Source: Elusimicrobiota bacterium (GTDB lineage: Bacteria; Elusimicrobiota; Elusimicrobia; UBA1565; UBA9628). From it: a DNA stretch of 64,000 nucleotides. The DNA is taken from contig JAHFCE010000006.1 in assembly GCA_023249675.1 (NCBI GenBank), positions 72,325 to 136,324 of the forward strand. Reading direction: 5' to 3'. The notes under the pieces were generated by a model that saw only the letters and a list, made by a program, of their open reading frames with translations, had not been told where the DNA came from and ran no database searches. How positions within the stretch are numbered: position 1 is the first letter of the stretch; each line of letters begins with the position of its first letter. This document shows positions 27,114 through 35,867 of this stretch, in pieces. A program made the translations under genes and the position numbers.

Positions 27114-28697
27114 ATGCCCACACTCAACGCCCTCCTTGACCGTTCCGCGCAGGAAGGCGGGGGGAAGACCGCCTTGGTGTTTGGCGAGCGCACAGTCTCT
27201 TTTTTCGAACTGCGCCGGGAAGTTCTCGAGGTCGCCGCGGGCCTGCGCCGCGCGGGCGTGGCCAAAGGCGACCGGGTCGCGATCGTCCATCGCAACGCTC
27301 CCGAGTTCGTGGTCGCTTATTTCGCCGCCAGCCGCCTGGGCGCGATCGCCGTGCCGATCAATTTCATGGTGTCAAAGGCCGACGAGCTCGCCTACATGCT
27401 CGGCGACTGCGGCGCGAAGGGTGTGATCACGCAAAGCGACTTCCTGCCCGGCCTGACGGCGGCTGCGGCCAAATGCCCCGCGCTCACGGTCCTCTGGGTC
27501 ACCGACTTGGCGGGGCCTTCCCTCTCCCCTTTGATCCAACCGTTCTCGGAACTGCGCGCGGCCTCCTTGCCCGACGCGGCCGCCGACGCCGCGCTCGACA
27601 GCGACGTCGCCGCGATCCTCTACACCTCGGGCACGACGGGTTTCCCGAAAGGGGTCATGCTCACGCACCGCAACCTCGTGACGAATTGCGAGGCCTGCCT
27701 GCGCCGCATGACTTTGGACCGCGGCGACGTCGCACTCTGCATCCTGCCCATGTTCCACAGCTTCGCCTGGACGGCGATCGTGCTCGCCTCGCTGCGCCTC
27801 ACACTCACCTGCGTCGTCTTCGCGGCGATCGCGCCCGCCAAGCCGTGGCTCAAGGCCATGGGCAGGCACGGCGTGAGCCTGTTCGCGGCAGTGCCGCAGG
27901 TGTATGCAGCGCTCGCGCGCGAGGCGAAAAACTGGAAACCGTGGCTTTTCCTGCGCTTCTGGGCGTTCCGCCGGGTCAAGAACGCGATCTCGGGCGCAGC
28001 ACCCCTAGCGCCGGTGGTCGCCGAGGGCTTCCGCGCGGCCGTCGGCGTCTCGATCGTCGAGGGCTGGGGCCTCACCGAGACGAGCCCCGCGGTCACGGTT
28101 AACCCGCCTGGCGCGGTGCGTTTCGGCTCCGTCGGGACCGCGATCTCGGGCGTGGAGGTGCGCATCGTCGACGATCTTGAAAAGACGGCGCCGCTCGGCG
28201 CCGAGGGCGAGGTCGTCGTCAGGGGCGACTGCGTCATGAAAGGTTATTGGAACCGGCCCGAGGACACGCGTGCGACTTTCACCGCCGACGGCTGGCTCAA
28301 GACCGGCGACATCGGCGTCTTGGACGCCGACGGCTACCTCTGCATCCGCGACCGCAAGAAGGACATGATCATCGTCAAGGGCCTCAAGGTATTCTCCGCG
28401 CAGGTCGAGGCCGTCATCGCCGAAAACCCCGCCGTCGAGGAAAACGCCGTCATCGGCGTGCCCGACGAAGTCGGCGACGAGGTCATCAAGGCCTTCGTCG
28501 TGCTCAAGAAAGGCTGCGTTCTCGAAAAGTCAGCTTTGATCCAGTACTTCAAAGAACGCCTCGACGCGTACAAGCGCCCGCGCGATGTCGAGATCGTGGA
28601 CTCCTTGCCCAAGAACGCGCTGCAGAAAGTCCTCAAGCGCGAGCTGCGCGAACGCGAGCTCAAGAAGCGAGCGGCGGCGCCCGCCGCCAAGGCCTGA
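27114..28697 (+). CDS. long-chain fatty acid-CoA ligase (AMP-dependent synthetase/ligase)
   Basis: AMP-binding motif ILYTSGTTGFPKGV and the downstream conserved motifs GWLKTGDIG and IKRPRD are present. Confidence 0.9.
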   Translation: MPTLNALLDRSAQEGGGKTALVFGERTVSFFELRREVLEVAAGLRRAGVAKGDRVAIVHRNAPEFVVAYFAASRLGAIAVPINFMVSKADELAYMLGDCGAKGVITQSDFLPGLTAAAAKCPALTVLWVTDLAGPSLSPLIQPFSELRAASLPDAAADAALDSDVAAILYTSGTTGFPKGVMLTHRNLVTNCEACLRRMTLDRGDVALCILPMFHSFAWTAIVLASLRLTLTCVVFAAIAPAKPWLKAMGRHGVSLFAAVPQVYAALAREAKNWKPWLFLRFWAFRRVKNAISGAAPLAPVVAEGFRAAVGVSIVEGWGLTETSPAVTVNPPGAVRFGSVGTAISGVEVRIVDDLEKTAPLGAEGEVVVRGDCVMKGYWNRPEDTRATFTADGWLKTGDIGVLDADGYLCIRDRKKDMIIVKGLKVFSAQVEAVIAENPAVEENAVIGVPDEVGDEVIKAFVVLKKGCVLEKSALIQYFKERLDAYKRPRDVEIVDSLPKNALQKVLKRELRERELKKRAAAPAAKA

Positions 28698-30208
28698 TGG
28701 CCCGCCGGCAAGTCCGCCTAAGCCCCGAAGCACGAGAAACTCTCTCGAAGGTCTTCGCCGCCGCGCACCAGCCGGTGTGGCTCGTCGGCGGCTCGATTCG
28801 CGATGCGGCCCGAGGACGCCCTTTCCACGACCTCGACCTGGCGTGCGCCGACGCGCACGCGCTGGCGATCCGGCTCGCGCGCGCGTTCAAGGGCACGCTC
28901 GTCACGCTCGATGAGGCAAACGCCGTGTACCGCCTCGCGCTCGCGCCCGCGCGCGGCGGCGTCCTCAGGCAGATCGACGTCGCCGGCCTCCAGGGCAAAA
29001 CAATAGTCTCGGACCTCGCGCGCCGCGATTTCACGATGAACGCCGTAGCCCTCGCGTTGGCCGACGAACTTCCGGCGTCCCTCCCGGAGTCGGCGTTTCT
29101 CGATCCGCGGGGGGGATTGAAGGATCTCGCCTCAGGGGTCATCCGCGCGGATGTCGAGGAGAACTTGAGCGACGATCCGCTGCGCCTGCTGCGCGCGTTC
29201 CGTCTCGCGGCCCAGCTCGGCCTTGTCATCGAGCCGAAGACATTGAAGGCGATCGGCCGCCTGCGCCGTCTGATCTCACGACCCGCCCCCGAACGCGTCG
29301 CCGCCGAACTGCTCCTGCTCCTCGCCGTGCCCGGCGCCTCGTCCTGGCTTAAGCAGATGGACGAATGCGGCCTGCTGACGGGCGTATTCCCCGAACTCGA
29401 GCCGTCGCGCCGCTGCGCCGAAGGCTATTACGGGCCCGGCGGCGTGCTCACGCATACGCTCGAGGTCTGCGCGCGCGTGGACTTCCTGCTCGCGAACCTG
29501 CGCACGATCTACCCCAAACTCGCCCCCGACCTCGAGGCGCACGCCTGCGCGCGAGGCGGGCCGCCATTTCACGCCTTGCTGCTCCTGTCCGCGTTGCTGC
29601 ACGACGTCGCCAAGCCCGCAACGGCCAAAGAAATCGGCGGCCGCCTGCGCTTCTTCGAGCACGACACGAAGGGCGCGACACTCACAGAAAAGATCTTGCG
29701 CAGGCTTCGTCTCTCGCGCGAGCAGATCGACAGCGCCGCCGCGATCGTGCGGTATCACCTGCGCCCGGGTCATCTCGCATCCGGCGGCCCGCTGACCGAG
29801 CGTGCAATTTATCGCTTCTTCCGCGACCTCGGTCCGGACGCGCCGGGCCTGCTGATCGTTTGCTGGGGTGATCACGCCAGCTACATGCCCCAAACGCGCC
29901 TCAAACGCTTGCTCGAAACGGCCTGCGGCGAAGCGCCGCGCGCCGATCTGTCCCGCATCCGGCCCCTGGAGGCGCGCAAGACGGTCTCTCATCTCCAACT
30001 CGTCTCACTTCTCCTACGCCGCTGCTTCAGCCGCGACCGCGCCCCCATCCCTGTACGTCTGCTGGACGGGAATGAGATCATGAAAGCCCTAAAAATCCCG
30101 CCCAGTCCGCGCATCGGAGAGATCCTGGAATGTCTGCGCGAGGCCCAGGCCGCGGGGGAAGTTCTCGACCGGAAACAAGCGCTGGCCTTCATCTCGCGCC
30201 TGAAATAG
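28697..30208 (+). CDS. CCA tRNA nucleotidyltransferase / poly(A) polymerase family protein with a C-terminal HD domain
   Basis: PolyA_pol head domain motifs LVGGSIRD and DLDLA, with a later HD motif LLHDVAKP. The true start is the ATG at 28697 (TGATG overlap with the ligase stop), not the longer 28247 ORF, whose upstream part is Arg-rich junk. Confidence 0.82.
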   Translation: MARRQVRLSPEARETLSKVFAAAHQPVWLVGGSIRDAARGRPFHDLDLACADAHALAIRLARAFKGTLVTLDEANAVYRLALAPARGGVLRQIDVAGLQGKTIVSDLARRDFTMNAVALALADELPASLPESAFLDPRGGLKDLASGVIRADVEENLSDDPLRLLRAFRLAAQLGLVIEPKTLKAIGRLRRLISRPAPERVAAELLLLLAVPGASSWLKQMDECGLLTGVFPELEPSRRCAEGYYGPGGVLTHTLEVCARVDFLLANLRTIYPKLAPDLEAHACARGGPPFHALLLLSALLHDVAKPATAKEIGGRLRFFEHDTKGATLTEKILRRLRLSREQIDSAAAIVRYHLRPGHLASGGPLTERAIYRFFRDLGPDAPGLLIVCWGDHASYMPQTRLKRLLETACGEAPRADLSRIRPLEARKTVSHLQLVSLLLRRCFSRDRAPIPVRLLDGNEIMKALKIPPSPRIGEILECLREAQAAGEVLDRKQALAFISRLK

Positions 30209-30236
30209 GGTATCCTCGCTCCAAGGAGAACCGCCC

Positions 30237-31691
30237 ATGAACGTCAAGCCCCTTCCGCTCAAGACTCTCGAGGCCGACCATCGCGACCTGGCCGTCTTCA
30301 TCTATGAGGACGCAGGCCTCGCCGGCGCCAAGGCGCTGTCGAGTGCCGCCAAGACAGCGCTCAACGCCAAACTGCACGAGGAGGGCTTCAAGGCCGGCGC
30401 GAAGGAAGTCTGCCACGTGGACCTCGACATTCTCGGCAAGCACCGCCGCGTGTTCGCGGTCGGCCTCGGCAAGAAGAAAGGCGCTTCCTCCGAAACGTTC
30501 CGCCGCGCGGCCGGCTCGCTCCTGAGCGCCATCCGCTCCAAGCGCGAGAAAATCGCCGTACTCTGCTCCGAAAATCCGCAGGCGATCGCCGAGGGTCTTC
30601 TCCTTGCCGCCTACAAGTACGAGGAGTACAAGAAAGACGACGCCGATAAGCTGACCTCGGCCTCGCTTGTCGCGCAGGACGCCGGCGCGCGTGGAGCGCT
30701 GGAAAAGGCCTGCGCGAAGGCGGCGACCTACGCCTCCGCCGTCTGCTTCGCGCGCGACCTCGTCAATCGAGCGCCCTCCGACAAGACGCCGCAAAGCCTG
30801 GCCGACCTCGCCGAGACGTTCAAAGGCTCGGGCGTCACCGTCACTGTCATGGACAAGGCCACGTGCGCCGAAATGGGCATGGGCTCGTTTCTCGGTGTGG
30901 CGCGCGGCTCGCAGGAGCCGCCTGTCATGGTGCACATGATCTACAAGCCCAAGGCCGCGACCAAGAAACGCGTGGCGCTCGTGGGCAAGGGCGTGACCTT
31001 CGACTCAGGCGGCCTGTCGCTGAAGCCCGCGCAGTCGATGGAGGAGATGAAGTGCGACATGGCGGGTGCGGCCTCCGTGCTCGCCGTCTTCAAGGTCATC
31101 GCCGAGCTCAAGCCTAAGGCTGAGGTGCACGGCATCTTTGCGGCGACCTACAACATGCCCGGACCCGACGCCTACAAGCCCGGCGACGTGCTGAAAGCCA
31201 TGAACGGCAAGACGATCGAGGTCTGGAACACCGACGCCGAGGGCCGGCTCATCCTCGCCGACGCGCTGTGCCTCGCGGCCAAGCAGGAGCCGCAGGCGAT
31301 CGTCGATCTCGCGACACTCACGGGCGCTGTCGTCGTGGCACTCGGCTCGAAGGTCGCGGGCATCATGGGCAACGATGTGAAGCTCCTCGGACAAATTAAG
31401 GCAGCGGGCAAGCGTGCCGACGAGGCTTTCTGTGAACTGCCTCTCGTTGAGGACTACAAAGAAAACATTAAAGGAAACATCGCCGAACTCTTGAATATTT
31501 CAAAAGTGCGCGGAGAAGCGGGATCGATCATCGGCGGTTTGTTTTTACAAGAATTCGTCGATGGAAAGCCTTGGGCCCATCTCGACATCGCCGGCACGGC
31601 CTTCACGAGCGGCGAGTCGGCGACCTACGCCCCGAAAGGCGCGACCGGCTCGCCGGTACGCACCTTGCTCGAGTGGCTGGGAGCGCTGTGA
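30237..31691 (+). CDS. pepA: leucyl aminopeptidase (M17 family)
   Basis: M17 catalytic signature NTDAEGRL and the metal-binding blocks VGKGVTFDSGG and MKCDMAGAA are present. Good RBS AAGGAGAA. Confidence 0.92.
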   Translation: MNVKPLPLKTLEADHRDLAVFIYEDAGLAGAKALSSAAKTALNAKLHEEGFKAGAKEVCHVDLDILGKHRRVFAVGLGKKKGASSETFRRAAGSLLSAIRSKREKIAVLCSENPQAIAEGLLLAAYKYEEYKKDDADKLTSASLVAQDAGARGALEKACAKAATYASAVCFARDLVNRAPSDKTPQSLADLAETFKGSGVTVTVMDKATCAEMGMGSFLGVARGSQEPPVMVHMIYKPKAATKKRVALVGKGVTFDSGGLSLKPAQSMEEMKCDMAGAASVLAVFKVIAELKPKAEVHGIFAATYNMPGPDAYKPGDVLKAMNGKTIEVWNTDAEGRLILADALCLAAKQEPQAIVDLATLTGAVVVALGSKVAGIMGNDVKLLGQIKAAGKRADEAFCELPLVEDYKENIKGNIAELLNISKVRGEAGSIIGGLFLQEFVDGKPWAHLDIAGTAFTSGESATYAPKGATGSPVRTLLEWLGAL

Positions 31692-32299
31692 GCCGGATCA
31701 AGAACACGCACGCGAAGAAGACCGGCGGCGAGATCGACCTCGCGCGCATCGAGTCGCACGTGCGCGAGATTCTGGCCGACCTCGGCGAAGACCCTCGGCG
31801 CGAGGGCCTGCGCGCCACGCCGCACCGCGTGGCGAAATCCCTGCGCGACCTGACGAGCGGCTACCGCGTCGACGTCGACGCGATGATCAACAACGCCCTG
31901 TTCACCGAGTCGTATGATGAGATGGTGATCGTGCGCGACATCGCGTTCTACTCGATGTGCGAGCACCACATGCTTCCGTTTTTTGGCCGCGCACACGTGG
32001 CCTACCTGCCCGAGAAGAAGATCATCGGGCTTTCCAAGATCCCGAAACTCGTGGAGATTTTCTCGCGGCGCCTGCAGGTGCAGGAGCGCCTGACCCTGCA
32101 GATCGCCACGACACTCATGGACAAGCTCAAGCCCAAAGGCGTGGGCATCATCCTCGAGGCGCGGCACCTCTGCATGGAGATGCGGGGGGCCGAGAGTCAG
32201 CACTCGCCGACGACGACCTCGTGCATGCTCGGCATCTTCCAGAGCGACGCGCGTACGCGCAAGGAATTCCTCGACTTGGTGAAGACGCGACCGGTCTAA
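31688..32299 (+). CDS. folE: GTP cyclohydrolase I
   Basis: FolE core motifs SMCEHHMLPF and LQVQERLT are present. Start taken as the GTG at 31688, overlapping the pepA stop. Confidence 0.9.
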   Translation: MSRIKNTHAKKTGGEIDLARIESHVREILADLGEDPRREGLRATPHRVAKSLRDLTSGYRVDVDAMINNALFTESYDEMVIVRDIAFYSMCEHHMLPFFGRAHVAYLPEKKIIGLSKIPKLVEIFSRRLQVQERLTLQIATTLMDKLKPKGVGIILEARHLCMEMRGAESQHSPTTTSCMLGIFQSDARTRKEFLDLVKTRPV

Positions 32300-32305
32300 G
32301 GTGTC

Positions 32306-32551
32306 TTAAGCTTTCGACGGCAAGGTCCGGTGCGTCCCGTCGCAAAACGGCTTGTTCTTCGACTCGCGGCAGCCGCACCACGCCACCTTCTTGGCCTCCG
32401 CAAGCTCCACGATGACGGGGGACTTGCCGGTGTTCTTGCGCGCGTGGGAGCCGTCGCAATAAGGCTGCTTCTCAGACTCCCCACAGGCGCACCAGGCCTT
32501 GCGGCCCGGCTGTTCTTCGCAGACGTACGGCTTGTTCTGAATGCCGGACAT
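32306..32551 (-). CDS. CDGSH iron-sulfur domain protein with two CDGSH [2Fe-2S] motifs (mitoNEET-like)
   Basis: 81 aa with two repeats of C-x-C-x(5-7)-CDGSH: CACGESEKQPYCDGSH and CGCRESKNKPFCDGTH. The ATG was verified on the minus strand at 32549-32551. Confidence 0.8.
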   Translation of the reverse strand: MSGIQNKPYVCEEQPGRKAWCACGESEKQPYCDGSHARKNTGKSPVIVELAEAKKVAWCGCRESKNKPFCDGTHRTLPSKA

Positions 32552-32553
32552 GC

Positions 32554-33165
32554 TTAAACCGTCTGCCCAACGAAGGTCGAGTGCGCGTACGCGGCCTTGA
32601 TCACCGCGAGGCCGAGCAGCGCCGCAAGAAGCAACGCGCCGTAGCTGAAGCCCATGCCCGCGTGATTGGCGCCGAGCATGCCGACGAGCATCGGGGCCGA
32701 CAGGTAAGTGTTCAGGCGCGAGGCGTTGCCGGCACGGGCGCGCAGCGCCGGTGCGGCGTCGCCGGCCGTGCCGCCGAGAAGCTTCTTCTGCGCGGGCCAG
32801 ATGATGAACCAGACGTTGAACCACATGATCGAGCCAAACAGCATGCCCCACATGATCCACCGCGCGCGATCAGACAGGCCGCCCTCGACGCCCTTCATGA
32901 TCATGTTCGCGCCCCAGCCGAGCTCGGGGGTATGGAGGTATATCTGCGCGAATAAGATCAGGCCGGAGAGGAAGGTCGCCATCGCGCCCCAGCGAAACCA
33001 CCACAGCGCCCGCGGCATCAGCTGCGGGTTGACGGACTTCTTGGTCGCGTCATCCATCTTGCCCTGGAGCTGACTATTGACGAAATTGAAGAAGTACAGA
33101 TGGCCGATCCAGACGATCCCCGCGAACACGTGGGTCCAACGGAACAGGAACTCGAGCTTGTTCAT
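32554..33165 (-). CDS. hypothetical aromatic-rich integral membrane protein (4-5 TM); possibly related to the membrane domain of PuuD-type proteins
   Basis: 203 aa with hydrophobic helices rich in W/F/H (HVFAGIVWIGHLYFFNFV). It is co-oriented and contiguous with the CDGSH gene. The family assignment is tentative. Confidence 0.6.
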   Translation of the reverse strand: MNKLEFLFRWTHVFAGIVWIGHLYFFNFVNSQLQGKMDDATKKSVNPQLMPRALWWFRWGAMATFLSGLILFAQIYLHTPELGWGANMIMKGVEGGLSDRARWIMWGMLFGSIMWFNVWFIIWPAQKKLLGGTAGDAAPALRARAGNASRLNTYLSAPMLVGMLGANHAGMGFSYGALLLAALLGLAVIKAAYAHSTFVGQTV

Positions 33166-33256
33166 CGCGCCTCCTTAATGTCAAATCCGCGGTGAGTCTA
33201 TCGGATTTGACGGAAGACCGTCAATCCCGCGCTCATGACAGAAACGCCCCGGCATC

Positions 33257-33285
33257 TTGACAGAAACCCGTTTCCAAGCTATTCT
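33257..33285 (+). promoter_or_regulatory. sigma70-type promoter for the AbiEi-like gene: -35 TTGACA (33257-33262), 17-nt spacer, -10 TATTCT (33280-33285)
   Basis: Read directly from the sequence. Consensus -35, ideal spacer and 4/6 on the -10. The ATG is at 33312. Confidence 0.55.
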
Positions 33286-33288
33286 AGT

Positions 33289-33310
33289 TAAGTAGCGATT
33301 AAGCTACTTA
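33289..33310. promoter_or_regulatory. palindromic operator-like inverted repeat TAAGTAGC-gattaa-GCTACTTA overlapping the predicted TSS of the AbiEi-like gene
   Basis: 8-bp perfect arms (33289-33296 and 33303-33310) separated by 6 nt, ending 1 nt before the start codon. AbiEi antitoxins are known autorepressors that bind inverted repeats. Confidence 0.45.
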
Positions 33311-33311
33311 T

Positions 33312-33923
33312 ATGAAATGGCCAGAAACGCATAGAAAGCTCGCCGCCTCGGGGCTGCTCGCGTTCACCGATCGGGAATTCCGGGCGGTGACCGGCTCGAC
33401 GCCCGTCTCGGCCAAGTTCCTGCTGATCCGCTATACGAAGAGCGGGCTCCTGCGGCGCCTCAGACGCGGCCTGTATGCCGTGGAGGGTGAGTTGCCGTCT
33501 CAATGGGCTCTCGCCAACCGCCTCTACAGGCCCTCCTACATCTCCCTCGAAACGGCTTTGTCCTACCACCACCTGATTCCGGAGACCGTCTATTCCATCA
33601 CCTCCGTGACAACCCGCGGCACGCGCGAGTTCGATGTGACGGGGACCAGCTACAGCTACAGGACGATCAAGCGCCAAGCCTTCTTTGGCTACCGCGCTGT
33701 CCAGAGGAACGGGGAGACTTTTCTGATCGCCGAGAAGGTCAAGGCGCTCGCCGACTATCTCTATCTCATCTATCTGAAAGGCGCGAAGGTCAACAGCAGG
33801 CTGCGCCTAAAAGAAGTCCCGCGCCGCGAGCTCATCGAATGCTTGGCGGCATTCGAACACCCCGGGCTCGTCGATTGGTACAAAAATGATCTCAAGATCC
33901 CAGATCACCGAATTCAGCACTAG
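33312..33923 (+). CDS. type IV toxin-antitoxin AbiEi-family antitoxin-like transcriptional regulator
   Basis: 203 aa. N-terminal wHTH-like segment, positioned immediately upstream of and overlapping an AbiEii-type nucleotidyltransferase gene. Confidence 0.65.
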   Translation: MKWPETHRKLAASGLLAFTDREFRAVTGSTPVSAKFLLIRYTKSGLLRRLRRGLYAVEGELPSQWALANRLYRPSYISLETALSYHHLIPETVYSITSVTTRGTREFDVTGTSYSYRTIKRQAFFGYRAVQRNGETFLIAEKVKALADYLYLIYLKGAKVNSRLRLKEVPRRELIECLAAFEHPGLVDWYKNDLKIPDHRIQH

Positions 33924-34611
33924 CTGGCAGACGCAGGAGCTGAGCGTCGTGCGGGAGTATGTCCAGCATGTCCTGCTGGACATCCTCTTCCAGATCAAAG
34001 GCGTCGACGCCAAGCTGGCCTTCAAAGGAGGCACGGCCCTGCGCCTGCTGCGCAACAGCCCGAGGTTCTCGGAGGACCTCGACTTCACCGGCTGGGTCAA
34101 GCCCTACCACGTGGGGGAGTGGCTCAAGCAGACCGCCAAGGAAGCCTCGCGGCATGGGCTGGATTTCAAGATGGTGGAGTCCAACGAGACCTCCGGCGGA
34201 TGGTTCGCCCTCATGGACACGCAGGTCTACGACTGGCCAGCGCGCATCGAGTGGAACGTCTCCCTGCGCGCATCAGGCAAGGCGGTGCCTCATGAGACGA
34301 CACTCGTGACGTCCCCGTTGTGGACGTCGTACTCATTGACAGCACTCGAGACGGACGAGATGGCTTCGGAGAAGATCCAGGCTCTGCTTCGCCGAAAAGA
34401 ACCGCGCGACTTTTACGACCTCTACTTTCTCATGCGCGCGCGTCTCGGCATCAAGAAGATTGTCGCCGCCAAGCCGGATTTGCTGCGCGAAACCGCCAAG
34501 CTCAACGTCAAAGAGGTCGAGCGTGAGCTCAAAGAGTTCCTTCCCCGCAACCAGCTAGCCATCGCCAAGCAGCTACGCGAGGCCCTGACGCGGGAGCTCG
34601 AACGCCTGTGA
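33886..34611 (+). CDS. nucleotidyltransferase AbiEii/AbiGii toxin family protein (DUF1814)
   Basis: Pol-beta-type nucleotidyltransferase motifs KGGTALRL ... SEDLDF and the family's C-terminal RDFYDLYFL block. It overlaps the upstream antitoxin-like gene by 38 nt. Confidence 0.8.
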   Translation: MISRSQITEFSTSWQTQELSVVREYVQHVLLDILFQIKGVDAKLAFKGGTALRLLRNSPRFSEDLDFTGWVKPYHVGEWLKQTAKEASRHGLDFKMVESNETSGGWFALMDTQVYDWPARIEWNVSLRASGKAVPHETTLVTSPLWTSYSLTALETDEMASEKIQALLRRKEPRDFYDLYFLMRARLGIKKIVAAKPDLLRETAKLNVKEVERELKEFLPRNQLAIAKQLREALTRELERL

Positions 34612-34650
34612 TCGCGCGGCGAGCGTGTCTTGCGCGCTGTTACCTAACGC

Positions 34651-34659
34651 TGTATACTA
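34651..34659 (+). promoter_or_regulatory. extended -10 promoter element TGTATACT upstream of the second two-gene module, embedded in nested inverted repeats (GTTACC...GGTAAC; CGCT...AGCG)
   Basis: TGnTATACT lies 27 nt upstream of the ATG at 34686. GTTACC (34639-34644) and GGTAAC (34675-34680), plus CGCT/AGCG, flank it symmetrically. Confidence 0.35.
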
Positions 34660-34671
34660 ATAGCGAATTCG

Positions 34672-34682
34672 TTTGGTAACCG
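34672..34682. repeat. 11-bp direct repeat TTTGGTAACCG, copy 1 (copy 2 at 35706-35716), bracketing the second nucleotidyltransferase module
   Basis: Exact 11-mer found twice, immediately 5' of the 34686 gene and 36 nt 3' of the 35670 stop. An inverted copy TTACCAAA lies at 35675-35682. Confidence 0.4.
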
Positions 34683-34685
34683 AAC

Positions 34686-35012
34686 ATGGATCCCATCAAA
34701 GGCGTGCTGGCGGAAGAACTCGTGAACTCCAAGCGGATGTTGAAGCGCCACGGAGAGGCGCTTTCACGCCTGCCGAAGGGCAGCCTCGTCGCGAAGAAGA
34801 TCAAGGGGGGCGTCTTTCATTACCTCGCCGCGCGAGAAGACGGCAAGGTCCGCTTTCATTACAAAGGGAAGCTGTCGGCCGCCGAAGTGGACAAGTATCA
34901 AGAGGCCAAGCAGCTGCGCAGAAAGTACGTTTCCCAAATCTCAAAGCTCAAGAAGCAGGTGAAATTCCTCGAGCGCGCACTCCATGAAAGAAAAAGAAAG
35001 CGCGCCGGTTGA
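34686..35012 (+). CDS. hypothetical small basic protein (108 aa), predicted partner/antitoxin-like component of the downstream nucleotidyltransferase-fold protein
   Basis: ORF with a Lys/Arg-rich coiled-coil C-terminus. It overlaps the downstream gene by 29 nt, suggesting translational coupling. No family recognised. Confidence 0.5.
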   Translation: MDPIKGVLAEELVNSKRMLKRHGEALSRLPKGSLVAKKIKGGVFHYLAAREDGKVRFHYKGKLSAAEVDKYQEAKQLRRKYVSQISKLKKQVKFLERALHERKRKRAG

Positions 35013-35670
35013 TCTGTGCCTGGAAGTCCTAAGGCGGCTGGACCGCGCCGGCGTGCTCGAGGAGCTCGTGCTCGTCGGAAGCTGGTGCACTCATTTCTAC
35101 AATCGCTATTTCGAGGGCAAGGCCAAGCTCTCCGCCCTCCGGACGCGCGACATGGACTTCCTGGTGCGCCGACCTCCTCGCTTCAAGGTAAAGGTCGAAG
35201 TCTCCACCCTACTGAAGGACCTCGGCTTCCTTCCAGACCTCCGGCCGGAGGGCTACGTCAGCTTGAGCCACCCAGATTTGATCATCGACTTTCTGATCGC
35301 CGAGAGGGGGAAAGGTTCCGAGATGGCGATCCCGATCGAGGCGCTAGGCATCCGCGCCCAGCCGCTGCGTTTTCTCGACTTCCTCACGCGCGATACGATC
35401 GTCGTGAGCATCGACGGCCTCGATTTGCAGCTGCCGCATCCGGCCAACTTCGCCCTTCACAAGCTCATTATCAGCAGCCGTCGACCAAAGCCCGAGAAGC
35501 GCGAGAAAGATCTCAGACAGGCTCTCGAGATTCTCGACGTCCTCAGAGATCTTGGCCGCGGAGAAGAGATTCTCTCCAAGTTCGCGGATATGCCCGCTGG
35601 CTGGCGCAAAATCGCGATTACGGTGCTCAACGACGCGGACCGGCACGATATTTCACGATTCTTGCAGTAG
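34984..35670 (+). CDS. nucleotidyltransferase-fold protein (minimal pol-beta-like NTase motif GS...DxD), uncharacterised family
   Basis: 228 aa. LVLVGSWCTHFY ... RTRDMDFLV matches the hG[GS] ... [DE]h[DE]h nucleotidyltransferase signature. A C-terminal roughly 110-aa helical extension is present. Confidence 0.6.
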   Translation: MKEKESAPVDLCLEVLRRLDRAGVLEELVLVGSWCTHFYNRYFEGKAKLSALRTRDMDFLVRRPPRFKVKVEVSTLLKDLGFLPDLRPEGYVSLSHPDLIIDFLIAERGKGSEMAIPIEALGIRAQPLRFLDFLTRDTIVVSIDGLDLQLPHPANFALHKLIISSRRPKPEKREKDLRQALEILDVLRDLGRGEEILSKFADMPAGWRKIAITVLNDADRHDISRFLQ

Positions 35671-35705
35671 AGATTACCAAACAGCAGGAGCTGATCCATT
35701 GCGCA

Positions 35706-35716
35706 TTTGGTAACCG
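35706..35716. repeat. 11-bp direct repeat TTTGGTAACCG, copy 2
   Basis: Identical to 34672-34682. Confidence 0.4.
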
Positions 35717-35732
35717 CCCGCCCTGCTCGAAC

Positions 35733-35761
35733 TTGACCCGTCGCTTGCGCTCGTCTATACT
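35733..35761 (+). promoter_or_regulatory. orphan near-consensus sigma70 promoter TTGACC-17 nt-TATACT about 195 nt upstream of tRNA-Gly
   Basis: -35 at 35733-35738, 17-nt spacer, -10 at 35756-35761. No protein gene follows before the tRNA. The downstream region is AT-rich with a short TCGAC/GTCGA hairpin and a T-run. Confidence 0.4.
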
Positions 35762-35867
35762 GTCTACAACCCTGGCGAGAGTTGTCCCAGGATCAGGCAT
35801 TAGGTCTTTGATATCTCGACTGCAAGCAGGAATTTTCGCGCCGAGATCAACAGCCGATTTTTGAAAC

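Noticed and set aside
28247-28696. Upstream 150-codon extension of the CCA-enzyme ORF, and similar extensions of folE (31571) and of the HEAT-repeat gene (57854)
   Set aside because: The extensions lie inside well-supported upstream genes in other frames and translate to R/P-rich low-complexity sequence. ATG or GTG starts overlapping the upstream stop codons fit operon coupling.
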